From: Candidatus Eiseniibacteriota bacterium
GTDB taxonomy: Bacteria; Eisenbacteria; RBG-16-71-46; CAIMUX01; VGJL01
DNA length: 31,708 nucleotides
Assembly: GCA_041946735.1 (NCBI GenBank)
Contig: JBHGAY010000041.1
Location: forward strand, 1-31,708
Direction: 5' to 3'
Each line of letters begins with the position of its first letter. Within the stretch, counting starts at the first letter, position 1. The notes below the pieces were generated by a model. The model ran no database searches. It saw nothing but the letters and a program-made list of their open reading frames with translations, and had not been told where the DNA came from. The position numbers and the translations under genes are program-made. This document shows, piece by piece, positions 9,527 to 18,436 of the stretch.

Positions 9527-9544
9527 GACCCCAGGTAGGACCCC
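9522..9544 (+). repeat. 11-bp tandem duplication (12-bp period) spanning the 3D-gene stop codon
   Basis: GGTAGGACCCC at 9522-9532 and 9534-9544. Confidence 0.8.
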
Positions 9545-9696
9545 CGGCCGAACGCACGAACGATCGGTCAGCTTCGCGCCCCCCGCCATCCAGGCAGACC
9601 AAGTTCATGGCCCGCGCCCGAGGTCCCCGGACTATCGAGTCCAAGCCGCCTCCGTTCCACTTCACACCACGGGGCCGGAAGGAGGCGAAGGAAGCG

Positions 9697-10611
9697 TCAC
9701 CAGTCCGAAAACCGCTCCTCATCGAACGACGCGAGCAGGCGGAGGTAGCTGTCGTAGCGGAACGCGGGGATCCTGCCCTGCTCGACCGCCGCGCGCACCG
9801 CGCAGTCCGGCTCCTTCCTGTGGACGCAATCGGGAAAGCGGCAGGAGCCATGATCGGCGAACTCCGGGTAGGCGAGGATCAAGTTGCCGGCATCGATTCC
9901 CCATGGCCGAATCGCCCGCAGGCCGGGCGTATCGAGAGCCACGCCGCCGCCGGGCAGATCGATCCACTCGACCCGCACCGTCGTGTGCACGCCTTTGGAT
10001 GTCGCATGGCTCACCGCGCCCGTACGTAGCTGCAATCCGGGAACGAGAGCGTTCAGCAGCGTGGACTTTCCCACGCCCGAAGGTCCGACGATCACCGTCG
10101 TCCGGTTCGAAAGCCAGCCCGCCAGCGGCTCGAGGCCGGTCCGCTGCGTGGCGGAGAGGAGGAAGACCGGAATGCCGATCCGGGGGTAGTGATCGAGCTC
10201 GCGCGGGATCTCCCGGCCCCGCAGATCGATTTTGTTCACCGCGATTGCGCCGGGGACGCCGGCAGCCCGGGCCAGGAGGAGAAAGCGCTCCAGCCCGCGG
10301 AGGTTCAGGGGCGGATCGCGCAAAGCCTGCACGCAGAGGGCCTGGTCGAGGTTCGCCGCGATCGCGTGATAGCGGCGGGAGTCGCCGGGATCGGCGCGAG
10401 CGAGGAGACTCTTCCGGTCGAGGACCGACTCGATCCGCCATCCCTCCCTGCCGTCGGAGACGATGCGGACGCGATCGCCGACCGCAATCGGATGGACCGC
10501 GGCGCGCGGGCCGGACTTCAGCAGACCGCGCATTCCTGCCCGGACGGTCTCGTCGCCGGCGCGGACGCGCGCGACCGGCCCTTCGATCCGGACGACGGTC
10601 CCTTCCGTCAA
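9697..10611 (-). CDS. rsgA: Ribosome small subunit-dependent GTPase A
   Basis: OB-fold AVGDRV; circularly permuted GTPase NKID, GPSGVGKS, HTT, DTPG; Zn finger CRFPDCVHRKEPDC. Start at TTG 10611 after GGAGGAG. Confidence 0.96.
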   Translation of the reverse strand: MTEGTVVRIEGPVARVRAGDETVRAGMRGLLKSGPRAAVHPIAVGDRVRIVSDGREGWRIESVLDRKSLLARADPGDSRRYHAIAANLDQALCVQALRDPPLNLRGLERFLLLARAAGVPGAIAVNKIDLRGREIPRELDHYPRIGIPVFLLSATQRTGLEPLAGWLSNRTTVIVGPSGVGKSTLLNALVPGLQLRTGAVSHATSKGVHTTVRVEWIDLPGGGVALDTPGLRAIRPWGIDAGNLILAYPEFADHGSCRFPDCVHRKEPDCAVRAAVEQGRIPAFRYDSYLRLLASFDEERFSDW

Positions 10612-10688
10612 TCGATGGTCCTCCTCCGTGGCCCCCGCGGCGCCGGGGGCGACCGGGGAAGGGTAGCATCGCGGCCTCCCGAGGAGGG

Positions 10689-10773
10689 GAGAGCGCGAAG
10701 GGAGAGCGAGAGGCGAGAGCGCGAAAGGAGAGCGCGAAAGGAGAGCGAGAGGCGAGAGCGCGACGCGAGAGCG
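10689..10773. repeat. Intergenic 13-bp tandem array (6 full units plus a partial unit)
   Basis: gagagcgcgaagg / gagagcgagaggc / gagagcgcgaaag / gagagcgcgaaag / gagagcgagaggc / gagagcgcgacgc / gagagcg; no T on the + strand. Confidence 0.9.
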
Positions 10774-10848
10774 GCGCGAGACCGCGCCATGGCCCAACGC
10801 GAGAAGGGCTCTGCTATCCTCGGGCCCGTATGCCGAGGCGGGGGAGGG

Positions 10849-11838
10849 ATGGCTCCGAGGGATGATGCGACGGCGCGCTGGATCCGGCGCGGAAGCTGCC
10901 GTGTCCCACCGGCCGAGGCGGGACAGCGGCTCGACGCCTTCCTCGCGCGCGCATTCCGCTACCGCTCCCGCACCCAGTGGGCGGCGCTCGTCAAGGCGGG
11001 ACGGATCCGGTGCAATGGCGCCGTCGTCCGTCCGGGGCGGTCTCTCCGTCCCGGCGACTGGATCGAGTACCTCCCCGACCCGCGTCCCGAGCCGCGCGTC
11101 GATCGCCGCTACCGCGTCCTCTTCGAGGACGAATCGATCCTCGCGGTCCGCAAGCCGGCGAATCTGCCGGTCCATCCCTCCGGCCGCTACTTCCGCAACA
11201 CGCTCCTGCTGATGCTGCTCGAGGAACGCGGTGAAGATCTCGACACGACCGGCCTGCGGATCGTCCACCGCCTGGATCGCGAGACGAGCGGGGTGATCCT
11301 CTTCGGAAAAGGGAGGGAAGCCGCTTCCGCGCTCGCGATCCAGTTCGAGACGCGGCAGGTCGCGAAGCGCTACCTGGCGATCGTGCACGGACGGCCGAAG
11401 GAGGACCGATTCCTGGTCGATGCGCCGGTTGGGCGCGATCCGCGCTCGCCGGTACGCAAGGCGATGACCGTGCTGGAGGACGGACGGCCGGCGCGCACAT
11501 CGTTCCGTGTCGTGCGGCGCAGCGGAGAGCATGCGCTGCTGATCGCGAGGCCTCACACCGGCAGGCTGCATCAGATCCGGGTGCACCTGCGCCACGCCGG
11601 CCTTCCGATCGTTGGGGACAAGGTGTACGGGCGCGACCCGCGATTGTTCCTGCGGTTCGTCGAAGGCAGCCTCTCCCCGGAAGATCGTCTCCGTCTCGTC
11701 TGGCGACGACAAGCGCTGCACGCCTGGCGGCTCACGCTGCGCCACCCGCGGGACGGCAGCCGTCTCTCGCTCCACGCCCCGGCGGGACGAAGCTGGCTCC
11801 GCCTCGCCGCAAGGCTCGAGCTGGGGCGGCTGCCGTGA
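10849..11838 (+). CDS. RluA-family pseudouridine synthase with S4 domain (RluD/RluC-like)
   Basis: GQRLDAFL S4-type start, KPANLPVHP, catalytic HRLDRETSG, TGRLHQIRVHL, IVGDKVYG, RQALHA. ATG 10849 follows GGGGAGGG, with extended -10 TGcTATCCT at 10812-10820. Confidence 0.94.
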   Translation: MAPRDDATARWIRRGSCRVPPAEAGQRLDAFLARAFRYRSRTQWAALVKAGRIRCNGAVVRPGRSLRPGDWIEYLPDPRPEPRVDRRYRVLFEDESILAVRKPANLPVHPSGRYFRNTLLLMLLEERGEDLDTTGLRIVHRLDRETSGVILFGKGREAASALAIQFETRQVAKRYLAIVHGRPKEDRFLVDAPVGRDPRSPVRKAMTVLEDGRPARTSFRVVRRSGEHALLIARPHTGRLHQIRVHLRHAGLPIVGDKVYGRDPRLFLRFVEGSLSPEDRLRLVWRRQALHAWRLTLRHPRDGSRLSLHAPAGRSWLRLAARLELGRLP

Positions 11839-13700
11839 CCCCGACCTCCGGGGGACCCGCCGTCCGCCGGAGCAGGACCTACGCCTTCGCCGGCGTGCTC
11901 GCGATCGCGCTCCTCGCGCGCATCGCGGTCCTCCTCACCCTTCGCCACGACGTCGCGATCCGCGTTCCGCTCCTCGATGCGTACCATTACATGACAACCG
12001 CTGTGGCGCTCGCCGCGGGCGAGGGATGGCCGCCGGGGCCGCACTTCAACGCTCCGATCTATCCGTTTCTGCTCGCCGGCCTGTTCCGCGTCGCGCCCGC
12101 TTCGGTGGAGACCGTCCAGTGGGCGCAGCTCCTCCTCGGCTTGGCGACGACCGCGCTCGTTCTCGCTTCCGCCTGGCGAATCGCGGGACGGTCGGCGGGG
12201 ATCGCCGCGGGATTGCTCTACGCCCTCTGCGGCCCGGCGATCGTCTATGAGAATCAGGTGCTCCTCGAGGCACTGCTCGCATTCTGCCTCGCCGCCTACG
12301 TGCTCCTGCTCGGATCGCCGGGGGCCGGCCCGATCCGCTTCGCCCTCGCCGGACTCGCCACGGGGATCGCGGCCGCCGGCAGGCCGACCTACGCCCTGCT
12401 CATCCTTCCGCTCCTAGCCGTCGCCTGGACGGCGAAAGCCGGGGCGCGCATACGCCTCCTCGCAGCCGCGCTCGCCGCATTCCTGCTGGTCGTCGTGCCA
12501 CCGAGCGTGCACAACACGCGCGCGACCGGACGGCTCTCCTTCATCACGGTAAGCGGCGGGTTGAACCTGTGGATCGGCAACCACCCGGGAGCGAGCGGCG
12601 GCTACAGCGAGCCGGGGGGGCTGTTTCTCGAGAAGGATCCGACCGGCGCCCGTTCCGCCTCGAGCATGGCGGGCCGGCGCCTGGACGCGGGAGAGGCGTC
12701 GTCGTTCTTCGCGCGCAAGGCGCTCGACTTCCTCATTCACCGGCCGGGTGAAGCGGCCCGGCTGGTCGCGCGCAAGGCGGGCTATCTGTTCAGCCCGGCC
12801 GAGGTGCCGCAGATCGAGAGCATGGACAGGCTCGCTTCCGAGCATCCTCTGCTCGCGGTCCTGCGCTGGATCGGGTTCCCCTTCTTCCTGCCACTCGCGC
12901 TGCTCGGGATCGCCCGCAGGCGCCGCGACCGCACGATCCGGTTCGCGGCTTCCGTGCTGCTCGCCGGAGCGGTCGCGCACCTCGTCTTCTTCTCGACCGG
13001 CCGCTATCGCGCCGCGATGCTCCCCGCGCTCGCGGTTGCCGCCGGCGCCGGCGTCGTGGAGCTGCTTTCGATGATCCGCGAGCGGCAGGCCGGGCGCCTT
13101 CTCCTGCCCCGCCGCCTCTGGCCGGTCGCGCTCGGCCTTCTGCTGCTCCTCCTTGCCCCGCGCTATGACAGGAGGACGGCGGCGGCGTGGGCGTTCCATC
13201 AAGACGGAATCCGCTATCAGAAGCTCGGCGCCTCGCGCTCCGCCGCCGAGATGTTTCACCAGGCTCTCGCGCTCGATCCCAGCCTCGGAGAAGCGTGGCA
13301 CAACCTCGGTGTCATCGAGGCATCGGAGGGCGCCGTCGCGGAGGCGATCCGTGACTACGAAAGGGCGCTCGCCGAGATCGGGGAGAATCCGGTGACCTTG
13401 TACAATCTCGCGAGCCTCTATGGCAGGATCGGGTCCGACGAGAAGGCGCTCGCCTACCTCGACCGTTCTCTACGCGCCGATCCGAGCGCGCCGGAGGTGC
13501 GGGTCGATCGCGGGATCGCGCTCTACCGGCTGGCGCGCAAGCAGGAAGCGTTCGAGGAGTGGCGCCGCGTCGCCCGGGAGGCGCCGGGCGAGCCGACGCT
13601 CGCCGCGACGTTGCAGCGAGTTGCGGCGGCAGGAGGCGAATTGCCGCCTGACCTCGCCCGCCTCGCCTCCGGGAGCCCTCCCGCCTCGACCGGCCGCTGA
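11835..13700 (+). CDS. GT-C fold polytopic glycosyltransferase (PMT_2/ArnT-like) with C-terminal TPR repeats
   Basis: Many TM helices, LLDAYHY first-loop acidic motif, APIYPFLLA, GGLNLWIGNHP, RYRAAMLP, and TPRs (AWHNLG, TLYNLASLY, RGIALYRL). GTG start overlaps the upstream stop (GTGA). Confidence 0.8.
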   Translation: MTPTSGGPAVRRSRTYAFAGVLAIALLARIAVLLTLRHDVAIRVPLLDAYHYMTTAVALAAGEGWPPGPHFNAPIYPFLLAGLFRVAPASVETVQWAQLLLGLATTALVLASAWRIAGRSAGIAAGLLYALCGPAIVYENQVLLEALLAFCLAAYVLLLGSPGAGPIRFALAGLATGIAAAGRPTYALLILPLLAVAWTAKAGARIRLLAAALAAFLLVVVPPSVHNTRATGRLSFITVSGGLNLWIGNHPGASGGYSEPGGLFLEKDPTGARSASSMAGRRLDAGEASSFFARKALDFLIHRPGEAARLVARKAGYLFSPAEVPQIESMDRLASEHPLLAVLRWIGFPFFLPLALLGIARRRRDRTIRFAASVLLAGAVAHLVFFSTGRYRAAMLPALAVAAGAGVVELLSMIRERQAGRLLLPRRLWPVALGLLLLLLAPRYDRRTAAAWAFHQDGIRYQKLGASRSAAEMFHQALALDPSLGEAWHNLGVIEASEGAVAEAIRDYERALAEIGENPVTLYNLASLYGRIGSDEKALAYLDRSLRADPSAPEVRVDRGIALYRLARKQEAFEEWRRVAREAPGEPTLAATLQRVAAAGGELPPDLARLASGSPPASTGR

Positions 13701-13994
13701 TCGCCGGTCGCCTCGCGCCGTCGCCGGCCGGGCGTTTCGATCTCAGCGCGCCGCGTCCGCCGTCCCGGCGCCGGCTTCGGGGCCGCCCTTCCGCCCGCGG
13801 GACGCGCCGTCGTCCGATTGGAAAAGACCGCCCATACCCTTCCACGATCTTCCGGCGCCGGTTTACGGCGGGGTGCCGGAGGCTGCCAGGTCCATTCGCG
13901 GGGATTCGATAGGAGTCGCGGCTGCGCGCACATACAGTTCCGCCCGAGTGGTCTAGACCCGATACCGTTCTCTTCTCGAACGTAAGGAGGCTTC

Positions 13995-14870
13995 ATGAAC
14001 CTTGCTTCTAGACTTCTCTTGACGGTGCTCTTGGCTGGAGTCGTCCTCGGGACGATCTCCGGCGTGGCTCTCGCGGACGAACGGATCGCGACGATCACGT
14101 TGGGGCGCGATCCGGAGCCGCCGTTCTGCATCTTGAATCCTGGGGGAACGGTCGAGTACTTCTGGGACATCGACCACTACACGACCCCCAACTACGTCCG
14201 TTATCTGCTCCAGGATCCGACGCGCCTCATCAACATCGAAGAGGTGATCTATCCCGGCGACACGGGGATCCACGGTGAGGGCTCCTGGACGGTTCCGTCC
14301 GGGTTGCCGGACGGACGCTACTGGATCCGTGTCGAGTACTACTCGTACGAGGCGGGGAACGAGGCCAATGCCGAGGTCACGTTCTTCGTCTGCGTGGATC
14401 GAGGGACGCTCTGCGAGGAGAAGCGCGAGGACGCCAACTGCAACGGCGTCCTCGATGACGACGATCCTCCCGTCCCCGGCTGGCTTCTTTGCTTCCGCGG
14501 TCCCGACGACGCCGTCTACTGCCACGCGACCGACGAGAATGGGATGGTCTGCTGGGACGGCATCCCGGCAGGCGATTACGAAGCGTTCGAGATGGAGGTC
14601 GCGGGGTGGGACCCGGTCGGTCCAACCTCGTACGACGTCCATGTCGGAGGCGGTCAGAATCCGACCGTTCAGTTCCTCAACGTGCGGGAAGGCTCGTGTG
14701 AAGGGGCGTGCTGCCTGGAGAACCAGGAGTGCATCTTCACGACGCCCGATCGCTGCGAGGAAGCGGGCGGCACTTATCTCGGACCGGGCGTGAGCTGCGA
14801 GCCGAATCCGTGCGAGGAAACGGCGACCGAGAAGACGACCTGGGGGCACATCCGGGCAACCTTCCGCTAG
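13995..14870 (+). CDS. Secreted Cys-rich protein: Ig-like domain, SdrD-B/CnaB-like domain, GACC module, C-terminal TWG tail
   Basis: AAGGAGG RBS; signal peptide ending ALA; DANCNGVLD loop and TDENG..WDGIPAGDYEAFE; GACCL..C..C..GG.YLG.G.SC.PNPC; ends ATEKTTWGHIRATFR*. Confidence 0.85.
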   Translation: MNLASRLLLTVLLAGVVLGTISGVALADERIATITLGRDPEPPFCILNPGGTVEYFWDIDHYTTPNYVRYLLQDPTRLINIEEVIYPGDTGIHGEGSWTVPSGLPDGRYWIRVEYYSYEAGNEANAEVTFFVCVDRGTLCEEKREDANCNGVLDDDDPPVPGWLLCFRGPDDAVYCHATDENGMVCWDGIPAGDYEAFEMEVAGWDPVGPTSYDVHVGGGQNPTVQFLNVREGSCEGACCLENQECIFTTPDRCEEAGGTYLGPGVSCEPNPCEETATEKTTWGHIRATFR

Positions 14871-14876
14871 TCGACA

Positions 14877-14912
14877 GAAGGGGGCGACGCCGCTCGCGGC
14901 ATCGCCCCCTTC
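14877..14912. terminator. GC-rich hairpin between convergent genes (probable terminator)
   Basis: GAAGGGGGCGA pairs with TCGCCCCCTTC, plus an inner GC stem; only a weak U-tract. Confidence 0.55.
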
Positions 14913-14957
14913 GTCCGTCTCCGTTACGCGCGGCGTCGCGAGTCCGGAGGCCGGCCC

Positions 14958-17468
14958 TCAGCAGCAGTCCTCGGACGAACTGCCTCCCGTACGGCCTCCC
15001 TTGGAGCGGTCCTCCGCAGCGTCCTCTCCTGCCCCGGATTCTCCTCGCCCGTGCTCGCGCATCACCTCCAGGAACGAGCGCAGCCGCGCGTCCGCGAGCC
15101 CGAAGACCGAGTCCGGCGACCAGCGCCCATCCCCATCCTTCGTCCCGGCCGGAATTCCGGTGAGGATCTCGATCCCCTCCTGCACGGTGCGAACGGCGTA
15201 AATGTTGAAGCGGCGCTCCCGGACTGCGTCGACCACCTCGGGCCGTAGCATCAGATCGGGAACGTTGAGCTTCGGGATCATGACTCCCTGCTTTCCGGTC
15301 AGACCGCGGTCCTTGCAGACGGCGAAGAACCCCTCGATCTTCTCGTTCACGCCGCCGATCGGCTGGATCTCCCCGTTCTGATTGACGGAGCCGGTCACGG
15401 CGACATCCTGGCGGAGCGGGACCTCGGAGAGGCTGGAGAGAAGCGCGTATACCTCCGCCGACGAAGCGCTATCGCCATCGACGCCGCTGTAGGACTGTTC
15501 GAAAGCGAGCGAGGCATTCATCGCGAGAGGCTTGTCCTGCGCGAACAGCTTCCGAAGCACCCCTTCGAGGATCAGGACCCCCTTGTTGTGCGTCCGGCCG
15601 GAGAGGTCCGCTTCGCGCTCGATGTTGATGAGTCCCGCCCGGCCGACGCTGGTGCGCGCCGTGATCCGCGTCGGGCGCCCGAACGCGTAGTCGCCGACGT
15701 CGAAGACCGAGAGGCCGTTCACCTGGCCGACCTTCGCTCCCTCGGAATCGATCAGTAGCGTGCCGTCGAGGATCATCTCATGGATCTTCTCCTCGATGAG
15801 GCCGGCCCGGTAGATCTTCCGCTCGATCGCCTTGCGGACGTGCCCGGCTCCGACGATCTTCGCGCCGTCGCGCTCCGCCCAGTAGGTCGACTCCCGCAGC
15901 AGGTCGGCGATCTCGCTGAAGCGGGTGGTCAGCTTCGTCTGCCGTCCCGCCACGCGCACCCCCTGCTCGATGACCGACGCCGCCGCCTCCCGGTCGAGCG
16001 GAAGCAGGCTCTCCTCCTGCTGCATCTTGCGGATGAACTGGGCGTAGAGATCCACGGATTCCGCGCCGCGCGGCATCACCGAGTCGAAGTCCGCCTTCAC
16101 CTTGAAGATCTTGCGGAAGTCGGGATCGAACTTGCGGAGGATCCAGTAGCTCTCGCCGTCGCCGATGACGACGACGCGGACGGAGACGGGAATCGGCTCC
16201 GGCTTCAGGGCCGACGGCGAGAAGATGCTGAACGGGTCGTATCCCTGGATGTCGACCTGGCGGTTCTTCAGCGTCCGCTTCAGCGCCGCCCAGACGCCCG
16301 GTTCGGCGATGAAGTCGAAGAGGTTCAGGACGAGGAAGCCGCCGTTCGCCCGTAACAGCGAACCCGCCTTGATCCGCGTGAAATCGGTGCGCCAGTGCCC
16401 GGTGCGGTCGAACACCTTCTCGATCGTGCCGAAGAGGTTGCGGAAGCTGGGCGCCGTCTCCACGATCACCGGCTGGCGCGTGGTGGCGGAATTGTCGACG
16501 AGGACGTTGACCTGGTACTGGAGGTACCGCTCGTCCTGGGCGAGGTCGGGCGGCGTGTGCGGCGCGGCCTGCTCCTCGCCGTCACGGTCGAGGAACTGGT
16601 CCATGTGGGAGAGGATCTGGTCGCGCACGCCCTCGAGATAGTCATGGACCTTCGGCTCCTCGTACTCCCGCTTCAGGTCCTGGACGTAGTCATCGACGAT
16701 CGGATGCCCGAACTCCTTCTCCAGTTCCGCCAGCTCCGCACGCAGCTTCCGCTTCAGGTCGCGCGCCTCGCGGAAGACATCCTCCATCAGACTGGTGAGC
16801 TCCTGATTCTTCTGCTGGAGCCTCTCGAGTTCCTCCGCGTTGAACTTTCCCTGCCGGGCGAGATTGTCCAGGCGGTCCATCTGCACCGGCTCGCCGTTCA
16901 AGACCGGGGCGATCTCCGGCTTCGAGAACGGCCCGAGCTGCACCTGGATGAGAGCGAAGTTCTCGGCGCGGATCTTGTCCTCGAGACCGCGGATCAGTTC
17001 CTTCTCCCGCTCCTTGTACCGCTCGACGACTTCCTTCGTCCGCTCCTTGTACGCGTCGCTCTCGTAGATCTGCTGAATGTTCGTGCGCATGTGGACGATC
17101 AGCTCCTGCATGTCCTTGCGCAGCGAGGTTCCCTTCCCCGCAGGAAGCAGGATGGCGACCGGCGTGTCGGGATCCTTGAAATTGTTCACATAGACGACGT
17201 CGGGCGGGACCTCGGGCGGCAGGTCGGTCTGCTCGAGCAGATGGCGAACGGAACTCGTCCGTCCCGTGCCGGGCTCGCCGCAGACGAAAATGTTGTATCC
17301 GCGGCTGCCGACGCGCAACCCGAGCTGGATCGACTCCACCGCACGCTGCTGGCCGATGATCTGATCGCAGCACTCGATCTGATCCGTCGTCTCGAACGGC
17401 AGCTTCGATGCGTCGCATCGCCACCGCAGCTCCTCGGGCGGGACCCTGAGATCGTCCGACAGGCTCAT
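14958..17468 (-). CDS. Lon-family protease without LAN domain (LonB/LonC-like AAA + S16 domain)
   Basis: IIGQQRA, Walker-A-like GEPGTGRT, AGSLLRANGGFL, FKVKADF, GQVNGLSV, catalytic GDSAS and IGGVNEKIEGFF. Confidence 0.92.
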   Translation of the reverse strand: MSLSDDLRVPPEELRWRCDASKLPFETTDQIECCDQIIGQQRAVESIQLGLRVGSRGYNIFVCGEPGTGRTSSVRHLLEQTDLPPEVPPDVVYVNNFKDPDTPVAILLPAGKGTSLRKDMQELIVHMRTNIQQIYESDAYKERTKEVVERYKEREKELIRGLEDKIRAENFALIQVQLGPFSKPEIAPVLNGEPVQMDRLDNLARQGKFNAEELERLQQKNQELTSLMEDVFREARDLKRKLRAELAELEKEFGHPIVDDYVQDLKREYEEPKVHDYLEGVRDQILSHMDQFLDRDGEEQAAPHTPPDLAQDERYLQYQVNVLVDNSATTRQPVIVETAPSFRNLFGTIEKVFDRTGHWRTDFTRIKAGSLLRANGGFLVLNLFDFIAEPGVWAALKRTLKNRQVDIQGYDPFSIFSPSALKPEPIPVSVRVVVIGDGESYWILRKFDPDFRKIFKVKADFDSVMPRGAESVDLYAQFIRKMQQEESLLPLDREAAASVIEQGVRVAGRQTKLTTRFSEIADLLRESTYWAERDGAKIVGAGHVRKAIERKIYRAGLIEEKIHEMILDGTLLIDSEGAKVGQVNGLSVFDVGDYAFGRPTRITARTSVGRAGLINIEREADLSGRTHNKGVLILEGVLRKLFAQDKPLAMNASLAFEQSYSGVDGDSASSAEVYALLSSLSEVPLRQDVAVTGSVNQNGEIQPIGGVNEKIEGFFAVCKDRGLTGKQGVMIPKLNVPDLMLRPEVVDAVRERRFNIYAVRTVQEGIEILTGIPAGTKDGDGRWSPDSVFGLADARLRSFLEVMREHGRGESGAGEDAAEDRSKGGRTGGSSSEDCC

Positions 17469-18316
17469 GCTTCCTCCCGTTCGCTCCCGTCACGGAGATC
17501 CTCGTTGCGCTGTATCTTGCGATCGGTCGAGTCGCTCCGTTCGCCGATGACGAGGGCGCAGGAGAGATGGAACTCCCCCGCGGGAAAGCGACGCGGCCAG
17601 GTTCCGGGCACGACCACGACGCCGGGCGGGACCGACCCGCGCGTAACGACCGGTCGCTCTCCGCGCACGTCGACGATCGGCGTCGAAGCGGTGAGGACCG
17701 TGCCGGCGCCGAGCACCGCGCCGCGGCCGACCCGCACCCCTTCCACCACGATGCTCCGGGATCCGAGGAAGACCTCGTCCTCGATGATCACCGGGTCGGA
17801 CTGCACCGGTTCGAGCACTCCCCCGATCCCGACGCCGCCCGACACGTGCACGTTCCGTCCGACTTGCGCGCAGCTGCCGACCGTCGCCCACGTGTCGATC
17901 ATCGTGCCCGAGCCGACCCAGGCGCCGATGTTCACGTAGGCCGGCATGACGACGACGCCTGGCTCCAGGAACGCCCCATGCCGGATCGCCCCGGGCGGCA
18001 CGAGCCGGATCTGCTGCGCTTCCAGATCCCGCTTGAGCGGCACTTTGTCACGGAAGGTGAACGGGCCCACCTCCACCGGCACAGTCGCGGCCGTCCGGAA
18101 GAAGAGGTGGATCGCCATCCGCACCCACGCGTGCACGGTCCAGCCGCTCCCGTCGGGACGCGGCTCGGCGACCCGCACGAGGCCGCGGTCGAGATCCTCG
18201 AGAACCGCTTCGATCGCGCGCAGCGCCTCTCCGCTGGACGCGTAGGCCGGATTCTCCCACGCTTCCCGGATCACCGCCTCGAGCGGATGGCGGTCGGGGG
18301 TCAGGGGCATTTCCAT
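17465..18316 (-). CDS. dapD: Tetrahydrodipicolinate N-succinyltransferase
   Basis: GLVRVAEP, DKVPLK, YVNIGAWV, MIDTWATVGSCAQVG.NVHVSGGVGIGGVLEP hexapeptide signature. Start is ATG 18316 or 18310. Confidence 0.95.
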   Translation of the reverse strand: MEMPLTPDRHPLEAVIREAWENPAYASSGEALRAIEAVLEDLDRGLVRVAEPRPDGSGWTVHAWVRMAIHLFFRTAATVPVEVGPFTFRDKVPLKRDLEAQQIRLVPPGAIRHGAFLEPGVVVMPAYVNIGAWVGSGTMIDTWATVGSCAQVGRNVHVSGGVGIGGVLEPVQSDPVIIEDEVFLGSRSIVVEGVRVGRGAVLGAGTVLTASTPIVDVRGERPVVTRGSVPPGVVVVPGTWPRRFPAGEFHLSCALVIGERSDSTDRKIQRNEDLRDGSEREEA

Positions 18317-18436
18317 CTCCGGCTCCCTCCCGTGGTCCGACGGCGGGACGCCTCCGTGGCGTCTTCGCCTGGACGTCCAGCGTCTGTCCACGCGCCGCCG
18401 CGCACGCACGCCGCGCCGGGGCTTCCCGGATGCTCT

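Noticed and set aside
9545..9696. Possible ncRNA (e.g. 6S-like) or small ORF between the 3D gene and rsgA
   Set aside because: No convincing long hairpin, known motif or RBS-supported ORF.
10689..10773. Possible CRISPR array
   Set aside because: The units are contiguous 13-mers with no spacers, and there are no cas genes in the window.
10189..11775. Long mutually overlapping N-terminal extensions of rsgA (to 11775) and the pseudouridine synthase (from 10189)
   Set aside because: Each extension is the antisense of the other gene. RBS-supported starts at 10611 and 10849 give normal lengths.
13701..13990. c-di-GMP-type riboswitch upstream of the secreted protein
   Set aside because: A GC-rich hairpin is present (about 13848-13883), but the GEMM core motifs are not.
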